Shown in pieces: positions 7,101 to 12,108 of a stretch of DNA of 12,108 nt. Source of the DNA: Chthoniobacteraceae bacterium (GTDB lineage Bacteria > Verrucomicrobiota > Verrucomicrobiia > Chthoniobacterales > Chthoniobacteraceae); assembly GCA_040081625.1 (NCBI GenBank), contig JBEBGD010000139.1, forward strand, positions 1 to 12,108. The letters run 5' to 3'. The notes under the pieces were generated by a model that saw only the letters and a program-made list of their open reading frames with translations, was not told the DNA's origin and did not search any database. Every line of letters starts with the position of its first letter. Within the stretch, counting starts at the first letter, position 1. A program made the translations under genes and the position numbers.

Positions 7101-8620
7101 CGATCCAGCAGCTTTACTACACGCTCGAATCCGCGCAGCCCGGAGCGGGATTCGATCAATGGCACGGCACCGTTCGCAGCCCGCTCGATGTCCCCCGCTA
7201 TCGAGATGCGTGGCGACACGTCATCGACCGGCACCCTGCGCTCCGCACCGGTTTCCACGGCGACGGCGGCGAAGCGCGGCAACGCATACACGATTCGGCC
7301 GCGCCGGAGTGGGTTATGGAGGACTGGCGTGGCGCTTTCACCGAATCCCGTTTTGCAGAGTTCCTCGGCGCCGATTCAGCGCGAGGGTTCGATCTCACCC
7401 GACCGCCGCTCACGCGCCTCTCGCTGCTAAGAATGACGGACGACACATGGCGTTTCGTCTGGAGCCATCATCATCTCCAAATCGACGGCTGGTCGTGGCC
7501 GATCGTGCTGCGCGAAGTCGCCGCCGCTTATCGAGGCGACACGCTTCCGCCCGCGCAGAGCTACACCTCATATTTCGACTGGCTGGCGCAGCGTCCCGCC
7601 GATTTGGACACCGGGTTCTGGCGCGCCCACTTGCGCAACTTCCCCGAACCGACGCCGCTGCCGTGCGACTGCGGCGCAGGCACCGAGCAGACGCTGGTGC
7701 TCGACCAAGCCCTCAGCCAGCGACTCCGCGACATCGCACGCGCCGAACGCGTGACGATCAGCGCCATCGCGCAAGCCGCATGGGCACTGCTGCTCGCGCA
7801 GCGAAGCGGACGCAGCGACGTGATCTTCGGCGCGAGCTTCTCCGGCCGGCCCGCTGATCTCCCCGGCGTTGAAGGCATCGTCGGGCCGATGGTAAACAAT
7901 CTCCCCGTGCGCGCGACGCTGGCTCCCGACGAGCCGCTTGAGGCGCTGGTGCGCCGCTTGCACGAACAGTCCTTCTCGTTTCAGGAGCATCAGTTCACAC
8001 CGCTCCAGCAGATTCACTCGTGCAGCGAGCTTCCGTGGCGCGACCGGCTCTTCGACACGCTCGTCGTCGTTCAAAACTACATCACCGGCGGTGACCTGAT
8101 GATCGAAGATCTCGTCACGCCGATTCGCACGAACTACCCACTCACGCTCGTCGTCACACCCGGCGGGCGGATCGCTTTCACGCTCATCGGATCGCGCGAA
8201 TCCGGCGAAATCCTCGGCTGGCTCCAGCAAATACTGACAGCGTTCTCGACAGGCACGTCGGTCGCGATTCCGCGCCGCGCGGAGGCCTCCGCTTCGCCGC
8301 GAGCACGCAGCACAAACTTCGTCGCCCCGCGCAGCGCCATCGAGAAACAGATCGCCGGCGTGTGGCGCGAGGCGTTCGGCACGGACGAAGTCGGCGTCCG
8401 CGACAACTTCTTCGATCTCGGCGGCCACTCGCTGCTCATGCTGCGCGTTCACGCGCGGTTGCGCGAGGTGCTGAAGCGCGACATCTCCGTCGTCCGAATG
8501 TTTCAGCACCCGACGATCGAATCGCTCGCCCGGCATCTCGACGGCTCGACCACCAACGTGGCAACCGCCGCACGCGAACGCGCCGCCCGTCAGCGCGCGG
8601 CGCTGACCCGCAGATCATGA
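2813..8620 (+). CDS. Non-ribosomal peptide synthetase, 1935 aa, C-A(Thr)-T-E-C-T
   Basis: GTG is the first start after an in-frame TGA at 2717. Motifs: C1 HHALLDG; A cores LTYAEL, LKAGGAYLPID, YTSGSTGQPKG, FDFSVWE, NMYGITE, LYRTGDL, GRIDQQVKIRGFRIELGEIE, NGK; T GGDSI; E motifs; C2 HHHLQIDG; T GGHSL. Confidence 0.97.
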   Translation: MIDQPIEIEDRYPLTPLQQGMLYHALSAPGTGVDIEQMVCTLREPVDAGRLRAAWEQVIARHAILRTAFRWDDRPMQEVAARVELPWTCSDATPQSEAHLTAYLREDRAAGFDMSRPPLMRLRLFRFGAEDFRLVWTFHHALLDGRSFPIVLREVFGVYDDTAELPAPRPYRAFIDWLAARDPRASEPFWRTHLAGFTAPTPIPVEGIGELAPEPTQGDADTRLSADSTACLRELAREHDLTLNTIVQGAWALLLARYSGEEDVAFGATRACRRGSVDGSDEMVGLFINTLPVRARIVGDAEVLPWLAGLREQWIAMRPHEHTPLASVQARSSVPGGKPLFDTIVVFENYDLDSALRAQGGAWSHRHFRLHEQTNFALTLAAYAGEQLRLRIEFDRHRFADATITRLLGHLTTLLESIAANPRQRLGDLPILTADEQRQLIREWNPRATVDAPEKTLHQLFAGQAARTPDAVAVCCDDARLTYAELDRRAAQLAHHLRALGVGPEVIVGLCVERSLDLVVGVLGILKAGGAYLPIDLAYPPGRLAFMLDDAQAPVVVTQKPLVARLPQHGATIVCIDDFTPTGELHDDARPDTLAYVIYTSGSTGQPKGCCITHRNVVRLMAATQPWFRFDARDVWTMFHSVAFDFSVWEIWGALLYGGRLIVVPHAISRSPEAFHELLSREQVTVLNQTPSAFRQLIAADKAPRDLALRLVIFGGEALEMQSLRPWFDRHGDEQPQLVNMYGITETTVHVTYRPLRAADVQRGSVIGVPIPDLEVFILDAALRPVPIGVPGEMFVGGAGLARGYLRRDELTAQRFIPHPWREGERLYRTGDLARWLPARDIEYLGRIDQQVKIRGFRIELGEIESALVQHPGVREAVVVAREQRLIGYLVASNGTPPPAHELRAHLKTKLPDYMVPAAFVVIDRVPLTNNGKTDLRALPNPEPERPETGVRFVDPRNPAEEALAAIWRRVLRIERVGVHDNFFDLGGDSILSILVVAQARQAGLTLSPKLLFDRPTISELAAATPSAPAPIDDEDVEGDIPLTPIQRWFFEHEFDDQNHWNQALTFNLATPIPHEELDRAVQSVARRHAAFHLRFTRHGDGWHQHLAASPGVECETLAHADEAAAHAALDITTGPLLRVVQSLEPSPRVLIVAHHLVMDGVSWRVLMEDLDAALAGRPLAAPTTSFARWAQLLAQAADAPALRDELPHWHELATSPAPPLPLDFADGENTEASARTIAVALSAAETALFLQRRANDVLLAALARALGRDSLVVDVEGHGREEALVAELAGAHTDLSHTIGWFTSLYPARTGEPAPHRGLGYGLLRHQAGLAPRSRAQVLFNYLGQFDALLGADSCFALDGLSTGGWHSPRAHRTHVIEINCVVIGGQLEARWTYSENLHRAGTIAQFAENFLAAVVKQLAPADSLPLSPIQQLYYTLESAQPGAGFDQWHGTVRSPLDVPRYRDAWRHVIDRHPALRTGFHGDGGEARQRIHDSAAPEWVMEDWRGAFTESRFAEFLGADSARGFDLTRPPLTRLSLLRMTDDTWRFVWSHHHLQIDGWSWPIVLREVAAAYRGDTLPPAQSYTSYFDWLAQRPADLDTGFWRAHLRNFPEPTPLPCDCGAGTEQTLVLDQALSQRLRDIARAERVTISAIAQAAWALLLAQRSGRSDVIFGASFSGRPADLPGVEGIVGPMVNNLPVRATLAPDEPLEALVRRLHEQSFSFQEHQFTPLQQIHSCSELPWRDRLFDTLVVVQNYITGGDLMIEDLVTPIRTNYPLTLVVTPGGRIAFTLIGSRESGEILGWLQQILTAFSTGTSVAIPRRAEASASPRARSTNFVAPRSAIEKQIAGVWREAFGTDEVGVRDNFFDLGGHSLLMLRVHARLREVLKRDISVVRMFQHPTIESLARHLDGSTTNVATAARERAARQRAALTRRS
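4175..5640 (+). other. Adenylation domain predicted to activate threonine
   Basis: Specificity residues read by eye from FDFSVWE, LNQTPS, VIFGGE, NMYGITETTVH and NGK give DFWNIGMVHK, the established Thr code. Confidence 0.88.
5670..5885 (+). other. Peptidyl carrier protein T1
   Basis: DNFFDLGGDSIL with the phosphopantetheine Ser at 5780-5782. The GGDS variant is typical of carriers that precede E domains. Confidence 0.9.
5924..7070 (+). other. Epimerization domain, compact
   Basis: PIQRWF, HHLVMDGVSW (from 6275), DVLLAALA, EGHGRE (6641-6658), HTIGWFTSLYP, PHRGLGYG and FNYLGQ: all seven E core motifs are recognisable. Confidence 0.88.
7085..8250 (+). other. Condensation domain C2, DCL-like
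   Basis: LPLSPIQQ, RHPALRTGF, GFDLTRPPL, FVWSHHHLQIDGWS (HH..DG at 7469-7489), SGRPADLPGVEGIVG and LFDTLVVVQNY. Confidence 0.85.
8318..8545 (+). other. Peptidyl carrier protein T2, directly after C2 with no A domain
   Basis: FVAPRSAIEKQIAGVW...DNFFDLGGHSLL (Ser at 8429-8431)...MFQHPTIESLARHL. Confidence 0.9.
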
Positions 8621-11600
8621 GCGAAGAAGGCATCGCCATCATCGGCATCGCGGGTCGATTTCCGGGCGCACAGAACGTTCGCGAGTTTTGGGAAAACCTC
8701 GTCGCTGGTCGCGAGACGATCTCGCGGCTCGCGGACGATCCTTGCCGTCCCGACTACGTCCCCGCACGCGGCCTGATCGAACGGCCCGAATGGTTCGACG
8801 CCGGATTTTTCGGCCTCACGCCAAAGGAAGCTGAGGTGATCGATCCGCAGCAGCGCGTCTTTCTCGAGGAAGCGTGGACCGCGCTCGAGGACGCCGGAAT
8901 CGATCCCACGCGGCCACCCGGCCCGATTGGCGTCTTCGCCGGGATGAGCAACAACACGTATTGGGCGCAGAACGTCTCGACGCGCCCCGACCTCATCGAA
9001 AGCGTCGGCTGGCTCAATGCGATGATGGGCAACGAGAAGGACTACCTCGCCACGCGCGTTGCTTACAAATTCGACCTGCGCGGCCCGGCGATCAGCCTCT
9101 ACACGGCCTGCTCGACTTCGCTCGTCGCGGTCTGCCAGGCCTGCACGAGCCTGCTGAATTTCCAATGCGACGCGGCGCTTGCGGGCGGTGTGTCGATCAC
9201 GTTCCCGCAGGAGCGCGGCTACGAGTTTCACGAAGGCGGCATCACGTCGCCGGACGGCCATTGCCGAGCGTTCGACGTAAACTCCGCGGGCACGGTATTC
9301 AGCCACGGCGTCGGTGTCGTCGTGCTCAAGCGGCTCGCAGACGCAATCTCGGCGGGCGATCAGATTTACGCCGTCATCAAGGGCCACGCGCTCAACAACG
9401 ACGGCGCATCGAAGGTGAGCTTCACGGCGCCGAGCGTGGACGGACACACGGAAGTCATCGCGCTCGCGCAAGGCTTCGCGGGATTCTCGCCGGACAGCAT
9501 CGGCTACGTCGAAGCGCACGGCACCGCGACGCCACTCGGCGACCCGATCGAGATCGCAGGACTCACCGCAGCGTTCAGGGCGGAAACTGAGCGCTCCGGC
9601 TTCTGCGCGATCGGATCGGTGAAGACGAACATCGGTCACCTCGACGCCGCTGCCGGCATCGCGGGACTCATCAAAACCACGCTCGCGCTGCAGCACGGGA
9701 AGATTCCCGCGAGCCTGCACTTCACCGCGCCAAACCCGCAGCTCGAACTCGAAGGTAGCCCGTTCTTCGTGAATACCGCGCTGCGCGATTGGCCGACCTC
9801 GCCGCGTCGCGCGGGCGTCAGTTCCTTCGGCGTCGGCGGCACAAATGCGCACGTCGTGCTCGAGGAGATTCCCCCGACCGCGGCGGCGACTGCCTCCGGC
9901 CCGGAGTTGCTCGTCCTCTCCGCGCGCAGCCTGCGCACGCTCGAAGACGCGACGACGAATCTCGGGAAGTTCTTGCGAGCGCATCCGGAGCTGTCGCTGG
10001 CCGATGTCGCGTTCACGCTCCAGCAGGGTCGTCGCGCGTTCGCATTCCGGCGCTTCGTCGTCGCGGAGAGCACCGCGGAAGCAGGCCGCTTGCTGCTGCG
10101 TCGCGACCGGCGACGCGTCTTCACGAGTGGGACTCATGCGACACATGGGACCGATGACTCGCTCTGCGCGCTCGGACATCGATGGCTCGCCGGTGAAGAC
10201 ATCGACTTCCCTCGCACTGCAGGACGGAAAGTTTCGCTGCCGACGTATCCGTTCGAGCGGCAGCGCCACTGGGCCGAACCCCGAGCGACAAGCATCGCCG
10301 CCGTTCCCGCTCCCGAGCCGGAGCCGATCGCGCCGGCGGACACATTCGCTGCGCTGAAGGCCGAACTCACCGCGTTGAGCGGGGTCGATGTGAGCGCCGC
10401 GCCAGCGGAAACCACTCTCGTCGATCTCGGCTTCGATTCGCTCTTCCTCACTCAGATCGCGATCGTCCTTCAAAAGAAGTTCGGCGTGCGGCTGCGCTTC
10501 CGCCAGTTCCTCGACGAACTCGCGACGCTCGGCGCGCTCGCGGAATACCTGCGCGCAAATCAGGTCGCATCGGCACCGCAGCCATCGCCGATCATCGTGC
10601 CCGCAGCCAGCGCACCGTCGAAGCCGGCGGCGCACGGGCCGTTCCGCCGGATCGACACGAGCGCGACGGCGGAGCTGACGCCCGCTCAGCAACAACACCT
10701 CGACGAACTCATCGCGCGCTACACGCGGCGCACCGCGGGCTCGAAGCGCTTCACCGAGGAACACCGCGATCACTTCGCCGATCCGCGCGCCGTCTCGGGC
10801 TTTCGCCGCGCGTGGAAAGAGATGGTGTATCCGCTCGTCGCCGATCGCTCGCACGGCGCGAAACTTTGGGACATCGACGGAAACGAATACACGGACATCA
10901 CGCTCGGCTTCGGCCAGATCCTGCTCGGGCACCGGCCGGATTTTCTCGTCGAGGCGATCGAGCGACAGCTCCACAGCGGCATCGAGATCGGCCCCACTTC
11001 GCCGCTCGCCGGCGACGTCGCCGCGCTCATGTGCGAACTCACGGGCATGGAGCGCGTCGGCTTTTGCAACACCGGCTCCGAAGCGGTGATGGCGGCGATT
11101 CGCGTCGCGCGCACCGTGTCGGGGCGCGACAAGATCGCAGTCTTCGCGGGCGCGTATCATGGCATCTTCGACGAAGTGCTTTTCCGTCCGGCGGGCGGCG
11201 GTGGCGCTGCGGCGATCGCGCCGGGCATTCCCGCGGCGGCGATCAGCAATGTGCTCGTGCTCGACTACGGCGAGCAGTCCGCGATCGATTTCATCCGTGC
11301 GCACGCACACGAACTCGCCGCGGTGCTCGTCGAGCCGGTGCAGAGCCGGCGTCCCGAATTGCAGCCTCGCGAATTTCTCCACGAGCTGCGGCGGGTGACC
11401 GCGGAATCCGAGATCGCGCTAGTTTTCGACGAAGTCGTCACCGGCTTCCGCTGCCATCCCGGCGGCGCGCAGGCGTGGTTTGGCGTGCGCGCGGATTTGG
11501 CGACCTACGGCAAGGTGCTCGGCGGCGGAATGCCGATCGGCATCGTTGCCGGCGCGCGCCATTACATGGATGCGCTCGACGGCGGCGCGTGGACGTTCGG

Positions 11601-12108
11601 CGACGACTCGGTGCCGGAAATCGGCGTGACGTTTTTCGCGGGGACATTCGTGCGGCATCCGCTCGCGCTCGCGGCGGCGAAGGCGGTGCTCACGGAGTTG
11701 AAAGCGCGCGGTCCGGCGTTGCAGGAGCGGCTCAATGCGACTGCGGAGACATTCGTCGGCGAACTCAACGGCGTGCTCGAGCAGGCCGGCGCACCGCTAC
11801 GCTGGTCGCGTTTCAGCTCGATGTTCCACCTGCCGCCGCCGCCGGAACACAAATTCGCCGGCGTGCTATGGGCGCACCTGCGCCTGCGCGGCATTCACGC
11901 TTGGGAAGGGCGCCCGAATTTCATCTCGACCGCGCACACCGCCGACGATCTCGCCCGCGTGCTCGACGCATTTCGCGAGAGCGTCGAGGAAACTGTCGGC
12001 GCCGGATTCCTGCCGCGCGGACGCGCGCCGCTCATTCCGCAAGCCGATGGCGCGCTGCCGCTCACCGATGCGCAGCAGGAGTTGTGGCTCGCGTCGCGCC
12101 TCGGGAGC
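8617..12108 (+). CDS. Hybrid PKS/NRPS, partial (open past the right edge): KS-[AT absent]-ACP-class III aminotransferase-C
   Basis: Not in the ORF track because it has no stop in the window. Translated by hand from ATG 8617 (ATGA overlap with the NRPS stop), 1164 codons with no stop: MSEEGIAIIGIAGRFPGAQNVREFWENL...DPQQRVFLEEAW...NEKDYLATRVAYKFDLRGPA...TACSTSL...EAHGTAT...KTNIGHLDAAAG...SSFGVGGTNAHVVLEE...LPTYPFERQRHW...LGFDSL...FDEVVTGFR...DLATYGKVLGGG...LPLTDAQQELWL. Confidence 0.95.
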   Translation, partial: MSEEGIAIIGIAGRFPGAQNVREFWENLVAGRETISRLADDPCRPDYVPARGLIERPEWFDAGFFGLTPKEAEVIDPQQRVFLEEAWTALEDAGIDPTRPPGPIGVFAGMSNNTYWAQNVSTRPDLIESVGWLNAMMGNEKDYLATRVAYKFDLRGPAISLYTACSTSLVAVCQACTSLLNFQCDAALAGGVSITFPQERGYEFHEGGITSPDGHCRAFDVNSAGTVFSHGVGVVVLKRLADAISAGDQIYAVIKGHALNNDGASKVSFTAPSVDGHTEVIALAQGFAGFSPDSIGYVEAHGTATPLGDPIEIAGLTAAFRAETERSGFCAIGSVKTNIGHLDAAAGIAGLIKTTLALQHGKIPASLHFTAPNPQLELEGSPFFVNTALRDWPTSPRRAGVSSFGVGGTNAHVVLEEIPPTAAATASGPELLVLSARSLRTLEDATTNLGKFLRAHPELSLADVAFTLQQGRRAFAFRRFVVAESTAEAGRLLLRRDRRRVFTSGTHATHGTDDSLCALGHRWLAGEDIDFPRTAGRKVSLPTYPFERQRHWAEPRATSIAAVPAPEPEPIAPADTFAALKAELTALSGVDVSAAPAETTLVDLGFDSLFLTQIAIVLQKKFGVRLRFRQFLDELATLGALAEYLRANQVASAPQPSPIIVPAASAPSKPAAHGPFRRIDTSATAELTPAQQQHLDELIARYTRRTAGSKRFTEEHRDHFADPRAVSGFRRAWKEMVYPLVADRSHGAKLWDIDGNEYTDITLGFGQILLGHRPDFLVEAIERQLHSGIEIGPTSPLAGDVAALMCELTGMERVGFCNTGSEAVMAAIRVARTVSGRDKIAVFAGAYHGIFDEVLFRPAGGGGAAAIAPGIPAAAISNVLVLDYGEQSAIDFIRAHAHELAAVLVEPVQSRRPELQPREFLHELRRVTAESEIALVFDEVVTGFRCHPGGAQAWFGVRADLATYGKVLGGGMPIGIVAGARHYMDALDGGAWTFGDDSVPEIGVTFFAGTFVRHPLALAAAKAVLTELKARGPALQERLNATAETFVGELNGVLEQAGAPLRWSRFSSMFHLPPPPEHKFAGVLWAHLRLRGIHAWEGRPNFISTAHTADDLARVLDAFRESVEETVGAGFLPRGRAPLIPQADGALPLTDAQQELWLASRLGS
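8629..9867 (+). other. Ketosynthase domain, hybrid (NRPS-following) type, catalytic triad intact
   Basis: Cys at 9109-9111 (YTACSTS), His at 9517-9519 (EAHGTAT), His at 9637-9639 (NIGHLD). NEKDYLATR and TACSTSL are typical of KS domains that accept aminoacyl or peptidyl chains. Confidence 0.92.
10128..10154 (+). repeat. Three imperfect 9-bp tandem units TG(G/C)GACNNA inside the PKS CDS
   Basis: tgggactca tgcgacaca tgggaccga, encoding GTHATHGT in frame. Confidence 0.6.
10340..10560 (+). other. Acyl carrier protein
   Basis: TTLVDLGFDSLFLTQIAIVLQKKFGVRLRFRQFLDELATLGALAEYL, Ser at 10438-10440. Confidence 0.88.
10690..12015 (+). other. Embedded PLP-dependent class III aminotransferase (McyE/MycA-type AMT domain)
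   Basis: ADPRAVSGF..WKEMVYP, GAKLWDIDGNEYTD, NTGSEAVMAAIR, GAYHG, VLVEPVQS, FDEVVTGFR (Asp at 11428), DLATYGK (PLP Lys at 11512-11514) and GTFVRHP. Confidence 0.92.
12055..12108 (+). other. Start of a further condensation domain
   Basis: LPLTDAQQELWLASRLG matches the C1 core motif (LS/TxAQxRLW). Truncated by the window edge. Confidence 0.7.

Noticed and set aside
2723..8536. Antisense and off-frame ORFs inside the NRPS (e.g. 3650-4861 -, 3727-5091 +, 7568-8536 -)
   Set aside because: No motifs; explained by the codon bias of the real gene.
8590..11382. 930-aa minus-strand ORF antisense to the PKS
   Set aside because: Shadow ORF. The + frame carries complete KS, ACP and AMT motifs, the antisense product has no recognisable motifs, and long antisense frames are expected with GC-rich codon usage.
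1..12108. CRISPR arrays, tRNA/rRNA genes, transposases or integrases
   Set aside because: None seen. The window is almost fully occupied by five CDSs with short intergenic gaps. Similar DNA at 5752-5790 and 8400-8435 is just the conserved carrier-protein motif.

Overview
High-GC bacterial window with two divergent gene blocks. Left, minus strand: a GT4 (WbuB/WcaI-like) glycosyltransferase, a CE4/NodB polysaccharide deacetylase and the 5' end of a membrane protein. Right, plus strand: a hybrid NRPS/PKS operon. The first gene (2813-8620) reads C-A(Thr)-T-E-C-T. The second (8617 to past the window end, missing from the ORF track) reads KS-[no AT]-ACP-class III aminotransferase-C. The line is non-canonical: the first C domain looks DCL-type but has no upstream module, module 2 has no A domain, the PKS module keeps an intact KS triad but lacks the whole AT (an 11-codon stretch containing a 9-bp repeat sits in its place), and domains and linkers are compacted. 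One hypothesis is a glycan-decorating or glycosylated amino-polyketide/peptide pathway that depends on trans-acting enzymes. The cluster is truncated on the right, so the product cannot be fixed. All domain calls come from manual motif reading, not database searches.
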